A DNA stretch of 53,722 bases, counting the filler, from Circinaria calcarea (Eukaryota), in NCBI GenBank assembly GCA_051942165.1. It is 4 parts of 4 records of this genome, joined end to end, with 100 filler letters (N's around TTAATTAATTAA, not from the genome) between each part and the next. Parts side by side here need not be neighbours in the genome. Positions count along the whole stretch, not along the records: positions 1 to 13,390 come from JAVECS010000508.1; 3 more parts are not named here. One strand, written 5' to 3'. Each line of letters starts with the position of its first letter. The first letter of the stretch is position 1. The position numbers were made by a program, and so were the translations under genes. Shown here piece by piece: positions 1-11,490 of the stretch. The notes under the pieces are model-generated. The model was not told the origin of the DNA. It was given only the letters and a program-made list of their open reading frames with translations, and did no database searches.

Positions 1-2
1 CC

Positions 3-350
3 CGACCCCTCCTGCACATCGCCCTCTCCGCCGGCCTCTCCGCTCTCAAGACCCCATCCTGTCACTCGGCATATACCAGTAGCCGATCCAACCCCTCTTC
101 ATCGACAACTTCCCTTTGCCCTATCTGCTCCACCGAACTCAACGAAATGGCGCGAAGCCTTCCATACGCCCACCATACCAAGAGCTACGTCGAAAATGAC
201 CCGGTGGTCTTGCCGACCGGTAGGATTTACGGCCGGGACCGTCTGATGGCATTGAGTGCCAAGGCCGGTCTCGGTGAGGACCATGTCAAGGATCCCATCA
301 CGGGCGAAGTCTTTGAGATGGCCAAGGTCCGCAAAGTATATATTTCCTGA
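3..350 (+). CDS. FYV10: GID/CTLH ubiquitin ligase subunit Fyv10/Gid9 (MAEA), 3' part only
   Basis: Frame from 3 reads PLLHIALSAGLSALKTPSCHS...CPICSTELNEMARSLPYAHHTKSYVENDPVVLPTGRIYG...VKDPITGE..KVYIS*, the CRA end and degenerate RING of Fyv10. Confidence 0.92.
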   Translation, partial: RPLLHIALSAGLSALKTPSCHSAYTSSRSNPSSSTTSLCPICSTELNEMARSLPYAHHTKSYVENDPVVLPTGRIYGRDRLMALSAKAGLGEDHVKDPITGEVFEMAKVRKVYIS

Positions 351-1351
351 CCGCTGGGCGTTGGTCCTTCTCCCGTTCTTAGCGTAGCATCTTCATAGCG
401 GCGGGGCGCTGGGGGGGGATTTTCTTTTCTTATTAGTTTCATTTTTCATAATTCCGACCCACTTACTACCCATCAGATGAGGCAAAGTTTAGCAAGGTCA
501 GGTGAAAACGGAATCATTGCTCCTTATTGGGAGATTGTGAAGATCTAGTCGATTCCTGAACATCAGCAGAGAGGTGCACACAGGTCTGAATGAAGCGCAG
601 TTGCAGGTATTTCATTCGAACAGTAGCGCCTTTCGCGGCTTCCCACCCGTCTCTAGACGGATACTCTCCGCCCACTTCCAAACCCCCCCTTCGTCTCGAC
701 ATTTCGTAAGTGGTGAGAACGACCAACGGCATATATGTGTAGAAGGGCTATGCGTTGCCACATGGGGCTTTCTACCTGCTCCATATAGCCTCGACGATCC
801 ATCGCCAGTATATACAAGTACCTACGCCGTTCAGGTAGCCCCATGACTACCGAGGAGGGTTGGGGAGCTATGATCGGAAACCTCGCCGCGACGGGAAGAA
901 GGACCACCTGAGTTTCCCGGAGAGCCGTCTCCTTCGCATGAGAGGGCTGTCCTCAGCCAAGGTCGGTGCCTTTGAACTTTGGCTGGGATTTGGTATTCGC
1001 TGGTAGGATTTGGGATGTCCTCTTTTGCGTCATCTGTCCGTCGAGGACGTGCCTAAGTAGCGACCCGACGGGGCTCCTAGTGCGCGATCACGGGAGGTGA
1101 TCTGCTAACGGGGTGAGAGGGCGTAGGAAACCGGAGCACGCCTAACCGGAGGAACAAGGGAATGCGGGTCGGCGGTGAAACGGAGAAGTCATAGATGCCA
1201 TCTACTCGTTCCGTTGTAGCACCGGAAAAGCGGGTTCTCCGGGCAGATAGGGGACTTCCAACGATAGAATAGCACACACCCGAGCCGATATCTTCTGGCC
1301 GAGCTTCTCTGCTTTCGTAAACTGGGGTGGCGAACCATCAGGCCCTGTTCT

Positions 1352-2295
1352 TCAATCCTCCTCATCCTCATCCTCTCTAGCCTTCCTCAACTGCTTCTCC
1401 CTAACCTTCCGCCAATCATCGACCTCAGGCACCTCAAAGATAAACGTCCTCGCGCTCCGCTCCTCGCCTTTCCATCCCCCGCCCCCTTCTACGTTCCCCA
1501 ACGTCCTCCGATGCTGATAGCCCGGATAGACCTCCCACTCGAAGCGGAAACTCCTCTGCACCACTAATCCCACATGTCTCGCCAGATCGCGCACGTTCCA
1601 CAGCTCGTAGGGTTGGCCGGCGAATAGGGTCATGATGATGGTAGGGCCGCCTGCTTCGCTTTCCTCTCCTGCGTCCCTGTCTGGCCTTGTCCGCGAGGAG
1701 CGAAGCAGTGACATAGCAGACTTGAAAAACCCAACCAGGAGTTCCTGGTTCGCTCGAACCTGCCGGTTCACATCCTTTGTCAAACCCCCTGTATGCGGGA
1801 AGTTGAAAATCACCCTATCGAAGCCCCCAGCTCGACCGAGTTTCTTCCCTCCCCCGGCGGTCGGATGACCCAACCTCGTAGCATCAATGCCGTGAAGGAC
1901 GGTCTGCTCTGCGGCCTCGAGGTCTTGGATGTGGGAAGCAGCTTGAGAGTATTTTTTTTGGAGGACGGGCAGGGGATCGTAGCTGGTTGCCGTGAGGGAG
2001 GTGCAGGCGTGGTGGGTTAGCAAGGAGTGAGCGAAGGAGAAGTCGCCTTGAAGGTGTGCGCGTTAGCAAAGGCAGTAGGGATAAAGTCTGATAATGCCGC
2101 CGGGTGGGGGGAGGTACCTTCGCCGACAAGGAGGATGCGATCAGAGGCTGAGAAGGGGATGGTGGGACGTCTGGGATGCGATTGTGGGTGTTTAGCTTTC
2201 GATTTGGGGGGGTTCAGTTTCGAGGGTGAGTGGGCTGATTTATTATAAGGGTGAGATGGAGGTTTTGGGGTTTTTCTTTTGTTTGCTTTGCCCAT
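1352..2295 (-). CDS. BMT5: 25S rRNA uridine-N3 methyltransferase (DUF2431); exons 2295-2118 and 2046-1352
   Basis: Splicing the GT..GCTAAC..AG intron 2117-2047 gives ILLVGEGDFSFAHSL; also ATSYD, GIDATRL, FDRVIFNFPHTGG, PYELWNVRDLA, YPGYQHRRT. Confidence 0.92.
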
Positions 2296-3007
2296 TGTGG
2301 GGTAGAGGTAGGAGAAAAAGAAGCTTAAGAGACTCGGAGTCAAGTAAATGGCTTTGTATATTCAATCATTGTATTCCAGTTCTATGACCTACAGTACAGT
2401 ACTAAGCGAGTTGAGGCGTCAGATAGACAGAATTGCAATGCATTTTCTACGGTCGACGTTTTATATCTTGAAGTATCATTGGACAACTAGCTTCCATGAA
2501 AGCCCTGGTTGGGAGCTGTCATGGTCGTCAATATGAAGGTCGGCCTTATGGTTCGGGCAATTCCAAGGTCGAGGATATCTGGTTCAGTAGCAGTGGTATA
2601 ACACCGGCGAGCTCCTCCACGTTTCTTACCATCTTCGCACTTTCTACTATCACGTACAATGTGAAGTGGCCTGGGATCCAAACGAAAATTAGGGCTCAGG
2701 GTCAGTGTTATTCATAATACGGCCGCCCTTGTGTATTCTAGCCCGAGCTGCGTGTTGAGCCGCAGGATGGTTCGGCCGGACAATCTACTATCCGGACGCT
2801 GCACTAGTAATCTCACCCTAGTATATTCAACGAGTGACGCATAGGGTAAACTGATAATATCGTCAAAGGCGTGGTCAGCCTTGATTGAACAAAAGACCGC
2901 CACTCTTTGGTAAATAAAACTGTTACCCCCGCTCTTACGAAGATTAACACTCGTGTCTAGTTTAATTTCTCAGACGAGTCATATAACGGGTGCTGGTCTG
3001 CTGTCTC

Positions 3008-3565
3008 ATGCCCACTCGACTCCTAATAGCATCCCTGGGAAACCCAGCTCCCTACACAAATACCTTCCACTCAGCGGGCCACACCATCATCAATGCTCTT
3101 CGCGAGTGTTTATCCTACCCCCCGTTCTCCCGCGATCGTAATTACGGCAACGGCCTAGTTTCCAGTGGCAGCGAGTTTACATTATGGCAATCCCCTTCTT
3201 TGATGAATGTTAGCGGTAAATCCGTCGCCGCCGCATACAAAGGGTTCATTCGAGAGCTGCCATCAGATGAGCGTCCTACAGCTAAGTTGGTGGTGATTCA
3301 TGACGAGCTTGAGAGTCCGTTGGGAAAGATTAAGTTGAAGGTTGGCGGGAGTGCGAGAGGGCACAATGGCATCAAGAGCTGTATCGCCTCCTTGGGAGGA
3401 ATGGAATTCTCTAGGCTTGGTGTTGGGATTGGGCGGCCAGAGAGCAGGGACAGCAAGGACGTAGCGAATTACGTACTAAGAAAAATGACGCCTTCGGAGG
3501 CCATGAAAGTTAAAGATGGGGCAGAAGAGGTTTGGAGGATGCTTGAGAAGCTCAGGGATGTATGA
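3008..3565 (+). CDS. PTH1: Peptidyl-tRNA hydrolase, bacterial type
   Basis: Motifs SLGNP, HSAGH, LMNVSG, VIHDELE, GSARGHNGIKS, RLGVGIGRP, VANYVL; intronless; first ATG at 3008. Confidence 0.93.
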   Translation: MPTRLLIASLGNPAPYTNTFHSAGHTIINALRECLSYPPFSRDRNYGNGLVSSGSEFTLWQSPSLMNVSGKSVAAAYKGFIRELPSDERPTAKLVVIHDELESPLGKIKLKVGGSARGHNGIKSCIASLGGMEFSRLGVGIGRPESRDSKDVANYVLRKMTPSEAMKVKDGAEEVWRMLEKLRDV

Positions 3566-4452
3566 GTAACAAGAGTCCTATTATAGCCTCAGGCTCTCAG
3601 GGCTTTGAAGCAAGCCAACAAGACTTTGTGGAAAGTAAAAAGAGCTGGAAAGGAAAACGAGCGGTTAAATGCAACTTGGCTGTAAGGCTCCTAAAATGTG
3701 GCCAATATCAAGCTGGAATCGTTCGAGCCGCTCATTCGACCATTCGAGAATAAGTGTGGCTGTCAAGGAATATGTCTGCATCAGTGACTGTGCGCGATTG
3801 CAGGCTCGATGCTCCGCATAAGCAGCAACTTGCGCCTTCTAAGTGCTTCGATATTGAGGTTCACTCGCAGGTATCGCCCCAAACCACGTCGTGGGTTCCT
3901 TCCTCGGAGACTATGACTAGGAGGATAGACGAGAGTCGGGACCGCTCTCCAGAAGGGACTATTCCGTAACTGCCGGGTGAGGGCCGACGCTTCGGATGAG
4001 GCACAGGGGACTTCTGGACAGCATTTGGATACTACAATCAACCAATCAATTACGGGTCATGAGTAAGATGTTAGAAAAGGCTTTACATGCCTCCCGACGT
4101 TTATTAGAGAATCCAATACATATATCCGCTGATGAGTCTATTCTCCTGACATCACATATCCCCAAAGACAGGGTAGAATATGAGGCCCAAGTAGCAAACG
4201 TTCAGCGTGTGCACCTTCACCAATCAAACGAATACCCCCTTTTGCATTCAAGCGTTAACAAGTAAAATACACATTTATATTTATTACTCTACTTACACTG
4301 GAATACCTCATATTGTGCCGGATTACCAGCTTGACAAGATCGAAAAAACCAGAACAGGAATTTAATCTTGATGGTTGATTTAATTTTCCCCCCGTTCCGT
4401 TCCGTTTACCTACTCTCCACGTCTTTATTGTAAGCCAGGCACTTGTCCTCTG

Positions 4453-4461
4453 TATATATAA
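4453..4461 (+). promoter_or_regulatory. TATA-like element about 30 nt upstream of the 5S gene
   Basis: TATATATAA at about -31 to -23 from the 5S start, matching the upstream TATA described for dispersed Neurospora 5S genes. Confidence 0.6.
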
Positions 4462-4483
4462 CCAAACCGGACATCCCTCTTTC

Positions 4484-4603
4484 ACATACGACCACAGACT
4501 CCCGAGAAACTGGGCATCCCGTCCGCTCTGCCATACATAAGCTTGAGATCGGCTGATTAGTAGTTGGGCGGGTGACCACCAGCGAATACCAGCTGTTGTA
4601 TGT
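4484..4603 (+). rRNA. 5S rRNA, dispersed copy
   Basis: 120 nt, ACATACGACCA...CCCGTCCGCTC..GCC..TAAGC...TTAGTAGTTGGG.GGGTGACCACCAGCGAA...CTGTTGTATGT; the 5' and 3' ends pair as helix I. Confidence 0.96.
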
Positions 4604-4627
4604 TTTTTGTTTTCTTTTTTTTTCTTT
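4603..4627 (+). terminator. Pol III oligo-T terminator of the 5S gene
   Basis: T-runs (TTTTTTGTTTTCTTTTTTTTT) directly follow the 5S 3' end. Confidence 0.8.
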
Positions 4628-5563
4628 GTGTTTTTCGGATGTATTGAAGCATTTCTTTGCTGATCGAAAATAGGGGATGACAAGAAAGGGGGGGGGGGAA
4701 AGGATACGGGAGGCCAAAGAGCTTTTTTTTTCTTTCAAAAAATGGCTCCCTGATCATCTTGGAAATGTGAGGTGACGCCTATCTAAGGTGTGCCTAGACG
4801 GAATCACAAACGGAGTACGGAAATGTAGCATCAGACGCAGGTGTGAACTCCACAAGTCCTGCCGAAGCGTGGTACCGGCTCTCTTCCCCCAGCGACCCCC
4901 GATGATTAGCTACATGATTCAACTCTGCAAAGGCCGAGGACAGGTATCTGGTAGGTAGTAGAGACTCTTGCACCCCACCGGTAGGGGAATACGAGGATCG
5001 TACTCCTACCACCTAGAAATTTTTATAAAAACAGTCTCCTGCTTCAATCGAAAATACGCGAAGACCAAGGATTTGTATCAAGGCCTTGACGCGCTATTGA
5101 CGACTCAGCAGGATAGACTTCGGTTGTGGCCATTCGATTTTGAGAGGTCTCCTCCGTTGGGCGATTCTTTCCGCTGGCCGGTAGTATTTATAGGAATTTC
5201 TTTAGTCGTGACAGCATCACAGGCGCTTCGATTGAGTTTAAGGTTTAGCAAAGTTGAGCTTAAATCGCGTCGTCACCTGAGTGTACACTAATGGTGGGAG
5301 CTTAGAGCATAATTCGGCTTGATAATATTTGTGATAGAATTCCTGTTACCCCTTTTGGAGAACAATGTAATCCTGAATTTTGAGCTCGGGGTTGCCCAGG
5401 CTCGTTATTGTCCTCCAATCAAACCGAGTAGCAGGCAGAAAGAAATGCTTAGAAAAAAGGTCGAACTCTACGTAATGTCCAACAGTATTTTTGATAGGAC
5501 CTCCTGATGCGAGTAGTGTACCGTATCCAGCATACACCATTACTCCTTAACAACCTGCCGTCT

Positions 5564-6040
5564 TCATACATCTTCCGTGGCATAGACAGCATAATCGATC
5601 GTAGAATGTGGATGGGTCCTACCAATATCAGCAAACCACTTGACTTTTATAAAGTAAATCGACTCCCAAGCAACCACCCTATTCCTGCCAAAGGCTTCTA
5701 GCCTAGCTTTCGAGAGGCTTCAAGAAAGTACCCACTTCTTTAACGCTGTCACTGCCCTAAGCACTACCTCTCGCCCGACACACATGATGTCGACCTTCAC
5801 CTCATCTACCTCTTCAAGCGGGCCGACCTTTCTATTTCCATCTTGGAAGCTGTCTACCTTCCTGAACTGCGACACGCCTGCAGGTGGTGATTGAAACGAG
5901 ACCTCGACATACTCGCCATCGTTCCAAACGCCGGCGCCAGCAGCGAATATAGCGGACTTGCACGCTTCGACATTTTCAGAGGGGACAGTGAAGAGGAGTC
6001 GGTAGCGGGTTTTTGCAGAGGCGGCGGTTTCCTCCGACAT
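5564..6040 (-). CDS. Small YqfO/NIF3-insert (PII/CutA-like fold) protein; exons 6040-5736 and 5618-5564
   Basis: RYRLLFTVP..VEACKSAIFAAGAG...Y.EVSF...QFR...G.LEEVDEVKVDIMCVGREV..AV.ALKK; after intron 5735-5619 it ends THPHSTIDYAVYATEDV* (family consensus about AHPYEEPAYEVY). Confidence 0.8.
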
Positions 6041-6979
6041 GGTAGATGTAAGTGGAAGCGGACAAACTGCTCCGACTAGGTGCGACAGGAGGAAAGGCGT
6101 GGAGTTGAGAAAGGCAGGATTGAGAGTCTGGTCGAGGATTTTGGAGAGGAAAAGGTAGGGTGACCGGAGGCTTCGTCGCTTGGCCGCACAGAATAGAGCA
6201 TGTAGAGCATCCGATCTCAGGCAGGCCTCGGGCCGTACTGTCATCGCACTTGCGTTTTCCAACTCTATATTGCTATCTGGGCTTAGAATTAGCTTCTTGT
6301 TAACATAGTTAGGCTATGCGATTCGAAAAAGCAACTGGATACCTCATTGGGGATGGCGATCCAATGGCTGCATGACTGCAGACGATCAGAAAGATGGGAA
6401 GATGAATGAATACTGCATACACAGGCTAGAATGAATTTCTGGCAGGGAGCCGCCTTAGCTTCATGCAGGTTTTTGGCGCATTCGAATGATCCCCGGCTGC
6501 CATAGATTACAGCGCTTGTACGGGGTACGCTGAGGCAAGGTAATATCTTCGAGAGCTGCACAGCATATCCAGTAGCCACCATTAGGTCAGTATTGGTCTC
6601 GTGCTCTACCTTTGATGCTATCCGAATTCGTAAAATCGGGGCATATTTCTTAGACGCAGGTAGAGACCTGAGCGCGCTCGATGTAGAGGCGCCAGCGAAG
6701 CTATCGTTACAGACAGCCCGGTGCGTTTCGATCAACGGAGAAAGGCAGATTTGCTTGATAATGAATTCGTAACCGTGATCCGCACTTACTATTATCGTTA
6801 ACCCAGTAATCGAGAGTTGGAAACTATCCCGAGCCGGTTATATGCTCGGACAGCAGAACTCACTCCAGGCCAATACACATCCTCTTACCATTCCAACCAC
6901 CTTATTTCTTGATTTCATTGAGCATAAATACCATCAACGAAGCCTTCAAGCCTTTCACAGCTGTAGAGATCCACAGAAC

Positions 6980-7850
6980 ATGTCAAACATTGTTACTGAA
7001 CGTTGTATTGTCCCTCTGAAGCCCGACGCGGATATCGAGGACCTATCTTCCCCTGCCGGGGTGGTGTTCAAAAATCTCCTGGAGCTCGTCAAGGCACAAC
7101 CAGGGTTCCTAGGTGGGCTTTGGGCTCGAAGGCTGGGAGATACAAACGATGTTGAACAGCTAGTCGGTAAGTAAATCAGTTCATACATGTCACCGTCGCG
7201 GGAAACGAGACGAAGAGACAATATCGAAGGTACCCTTTCCTCATGCGAATCGTAACTTTTTCTGGAGTCGAAGCTGAACAGATTGCCCCCTCACTGGGGT
7301 ATCACTTGCAGATTGGGACTCGCTCGAATCACACGAGAATGTGAACAACAATGCTCAACTCATGGAGCCCTTAATGAAAGACATCATGACCATTCTGCGG
7401 GCGGATCCGCCTTGGTGGCATATTTACTACTCTAAACCCTCTCCAAAGTCCTCCTCGCCCGTATCTAGCCAAGTCAAGACTACCATACCCGCATCCTCGA
7501 TTCTTTCATGCAGCCCGGTAATCAGTGACTTGACAGACATGTATCTCTCCTCCGTCGTCCCTTCACGTGATGCTTCGGCCCTGGAAGATGCATGGGAAGA
7601 GTTTGTGCATGATACGCTTGAGAAGGCTGACGGCTTCATTTGCGCAGGCCAGGGGTGGGTGATGGAAGAGATGGATTGCAGCCAAGTAGAAGGAGGGAAA
7701 GCAAAGGTATTCCACACCGCTGTTGGTTGGGAGAGTGAAGAAAAGCACAAAGCGTTTGGAGAATCGAAGGTGAAGAAGGAATTCGATGAAAAGGTGCAAG
7801 CGTATGTGAAGCATAGAGTATCATCTTTATTCAAATTTCGTCGTCAATAA
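6980..7850 (+). CDS. Tandem dimeric alpha/beta-barrel (ABM-like) protein; exons 6980-7166 and 7312-7850
   Basis: VTE...VKAQPGF...W.R...LV|DWDSLESH in the first barrel and GF...QGWVMEE...VGWESEEKHKAF in the second; GTAAGT..TGCAG intron keeps frame. Confidence 0.78.
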
Positions 7851-8555
7851 AAGACACTTCTGCAAACCTGAGCATCATTCCGAAAGAAGTGCCGAGTCAA
7901 ATCATTCATAATAGCATATTTGAATAGGCTTAGCTTATCGGCTGCCCCGCTCCCGAGCAAAACAAAATTTCTGTGGTAACGAAACCTCCCACTTGCCACT
8001 CAGGGGGCTTTAAGCGAAGTTTTGTAAAAGATTTATCATGTACGGGAGCAGCTCGGCACCGATATCTTAAGCCTAATAGCGTAAACGCCAGGTGACAGGC
8101 CTATTAATTAATATTTGTTTTTGGTTCGTAATTATTAAATTCACTACTATTATATTCACAGTGATTAAAACTCGCCACTGAGTTCGTTGTAAATAACAAA
8201 TGAATCAAACCCACGCTAGAAAGTATATAAAATAATAAAGCTCCCGGTTTGAATTCGGGAATGAGCTTGCCTGATACTTCGTGAAGATTCAGCACCCTGG
8301 TAATTAACATATCACGCGGGTGAGTAAATAAATGAGAATGGAACATTGCGCCCGCAGTAAAAATCACTCGCTTATGGTAATCCCGAATTTTGCGCCTAAG
8401 AGCCCCTAGTACTAGAAGGGTCCCCACCGATTTAGGTTGTCGGCGCATTCCCATTTTTTGGTCATCCGCGTGCCTATCAATTAAAGAACTTTTCTTAAGT
8501 TTTTGCATCTATATCTCTAAGAATGTAGTCCTTTTTATTATTCAGGACCATGAGT

Positions 8556-9653
8556 CTATGTAATAATAACATCGCTCACCCGGAACAAGTCCACTGGATT
8601 GGTTTCATTGCAATGGCCGAGGAAAGGATTGTCAAGAACGTATCCTGCTTGCTTCTGAGCAGCAAGAGACCATTTTTCAATGTCTTTCTTGGTCCACCAC
8701 AAAAATTGGTTCTCCTAGTTTCCTGTCAGCGGACATGCTTATGCGACCAAAGGCGACGCTGATGATCCATGAAGATAAGCGGTGCGGAGGTAAATTACGG
8801 ACCTCCGGTCGCAAATATGAGCGGCAATAGAAAAAGCCATGTACGGCTCTGCTTTCCAATGTCGTGTTTGCACCTCCAGCATGTACCGTCGAGCCAAGAA
8901 ATATGAACGCCTCGCCTACGCTCATTTCAGCGGGTTCAGCCTCATGCAACTTCGGGCGCCGTGAGTGATCCCACAAGTGGGAGCCTGGTACGACCTGGTG
9001 GCAAGATTAGCATCCGGACGGAGAAGTATTTTCGGGTATGATCTTAGCAAAGGAGTGGCAGTACCAACGTAGCTCCATTTGCGGCTGTAGTCCTTACACC
9101 GGGAACAAGCAGACCCAAGGCGACATCAGAACCCAGCGTGTAAGTCTTCTCGTCCGTAACTCTATGCGTTTGCTGCCAAATGAAGTCGTCCCGATGCAGG
9201 TCCTGCGCCTTTACCCCAGGACCGATATCCAAGGTCGCTGCCGCTGAGAGAATTGGATCGGTACCCAGCTCTTTCGCATTGGCGTCATTGAACGGCACCG
9301 AGACGGTCCGTAGGAAGTGGTTAATAATCTTGAGTAAGTCGGGCTGCTGGAGCCAGACCTCTCGCGCCGTTGCACTGCGGCCGAATAGAAGCGTGCAGCG
9401 AGTCGTTTCTCGAGGAAGCGAGCGTGACTTGCGCTGGTCGGCAGTGTCAGCTGGGACGGAAATGGTGGAGGTATGAAGAGATTGCTATTTGCTGATTTAC
9501 ATCGTCAACGAGGGCATCGATATAGGATGCGGCATCGGCATTGACCCTTTGGACGTCTTCCACGCTTGAAAAGCCAGTCAAGATAACGCCGCCATCTTCT
9601 TTAATGGCTTCTATCGCGACGCCTGGCTCGTTCAGGGGAACACGGCGAATCAT
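8556..9653 (-). CDS. Fe(II)/2-oxoglutarate dioxygenase, phytanoyl-CoA hydroxylase (PhyH) family, 4 exons
   Basis: AIKEDGGVIL, IGPG..AQDLHRDD (HxD), NGATLVVPGSHLW, GEAFIFLGSTVHAGGANTT..SR, YLRPEENQFL; introns near 9500-9434, 9064-8996 and 8801-8715. Confidence 0.9.
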
Positions 9654-10085
9654 TTACAATTGCGTCTGGCCGCGTATGTGTGATGGAAGTCTATTTTGTA
9701 AAAGTCGTTGGAGTGGTGGAAAATGTGGTCTATAAAGTAAATAATCTGGAAAAATAGTTTTACGGTTAGAAAGTCTTTATGTTTAATGTGCCTTTGTTGA
9801 ATCGAATGCACTTCAACTAATTAATGCCCGGAGTATCTCCTCGCTTTTCCAAGGCGCCTCGACTGGGGTATTATATGAGACCTACCTCCCTGATTGCCTA
9901 AGCCATATACGCAGTCAAGCGAAGTGATTTGCCGCAGCATACACTACGACTGAAACGGTACAGAGGAGTCGAGTGATAGCCAGAGAAACTCATTGTCAAA
10001 AGGCCAGTCACAACGCGGAATGTTTATATGTAAAATACAGACTACGTCTTCATAAATGCCTATATAAACCAATAACGCATGACTT

Positions 10086-10847
10086 TTAACGAATGAATTT
10101 TACCGGCATAACGGGAAGCCTGAAGCTTTCAGGTTTGTCCCAATAATACAAGTCCGGATCCGGGTTCTTGGTGGCAGAGATGTGGTTAGGAACCTTGGTC
10201 ACCCAGAGCTGAGACTCCGTCTCCTTGGCCTGCAGCTCCGGCGCCGCGCACTGCAGAAAAGACATGATGGCAACACGAGGATTGTAGCAGTCCTCGTTGT
10301 AGCCCTTCCACATAAAATCATCAAAGACCATCGTACCCCGCACGTCGAGCATCCGCCAGCAGAGCACTGCATCATGCAACACATCCAGAGCCACGTGAGA
10401 AGCATCAATGTAGATGAAATCAAATCGGGCACCCTCCTTCCGTAGTGTGATCAAGGCGTCGTCACTTGTGGCTTTCATCACGTGCAATTTCGAGACGTGC
10501 TCGCATTTGGTAACGTTGGACCAGAAGCGGCTTTCAAGCGAGACAAGCTCGTAGGCATCGGTGGCGGCTCCTTGGTGCTCCATGCCGCCGGCGAAGGTGT
10601 CAATGGCGGTCATGGTGGATGCGGGGTGGCTCAAGAGATTGTCCAGGATCCAAGTGGTGGAGGCGCCTTCGAACGAGCCGACTTCTAGAATACGAAGCGG
10701 CTGCCCGTGAAGCGATCTGGTGAGCTCTTCCTAGTCGGGGCGAATCAGCTCGAACCAGGGATGCTGAAAGGAGAATCGGCCCCGGCGAGGGTCCTGAGGA
10801 GGGGTTGAGGGGGCTGCAGTCGAGGGAAGATCTGCAGTTGAGGGCAT
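10086..10847 (-). pseudogene. Class I SAM-dependent methyltransferase (Methyltransf_24-like), intronless, with an in-frame TAG at codon 39
   Basis: From ATG 10847: ...FQHPWFELIRPD*EELTRSLHGQPLRILEVGSFEGASTTW...AIDTF...FDFIYIDASH...VLHDA...GTMVFDDF; stop at 10733-10731. Confidence 0.8.
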
Positions 10848-11490
10848 GTTGCAGGTTGAAGATTGAAAGAAAATGAAGCGGAGAAGGGAAGAAAGGGGTG
10901 GCTGATATGCAAGAAGCGCAAGCAGTAATGGTGTACAGACGTGATTGAGGCGGGTATACTTCCTTTAGATTTACTTGTGTCTTCGTAGCGACACCCTCGA
11001 GGTGTTGGAGGTGCAGCTGGTAGGATTCACTATATTGGCGCCGATAAGCCCAGCTGCATATGTGCACTGTTGTATCACAGCATTACCTTTGCCATCAGAT
11101 GCACTGACGCAAGATGCGGTTCACATAAAAGCTCGTATAAGCTAGAATAAATTACCATACGGAGCGTCTTACAATAGTGCAGATGCTAAAACCTCGGAGC
11201 GGGACCCTGCATAAAGATAGCCAAACCTTAAAGCTACCTATACCATACCGGTTAAAGGTTAAAGCAATCATCTCGTGCCTGACTCTAATGCATGATGAGA
11301 TCAGCTTAAAAGTATCATGGGAACCGGGTTCACCAGATACAGCTGCTTAGGACTAAGTCGGCGGCATGGCTACCTGAGATATGCACTGCGGTGGTCCTAG
11401 AATAAAGTATAGACTATTGGCTTAAGCGCGGGCCCGATCTCGGCGTTCTTGCCTTGCGCTTTACCGGATCCTGCCACAGCACCTGCCACC

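Noticed and set aside
1120..1142. SRP RNA helix-8-like GCGTAGG..AGCACGC
   Set aside because: It lacks the GNRA-capped stem and correct spacing, and no Alu domain is seen.
8000..8520. AT-richer stretch as a possible MITE or RIP relic
   Set aside because: Only a weak ~13-bp imperfect inverted match and no TSD.
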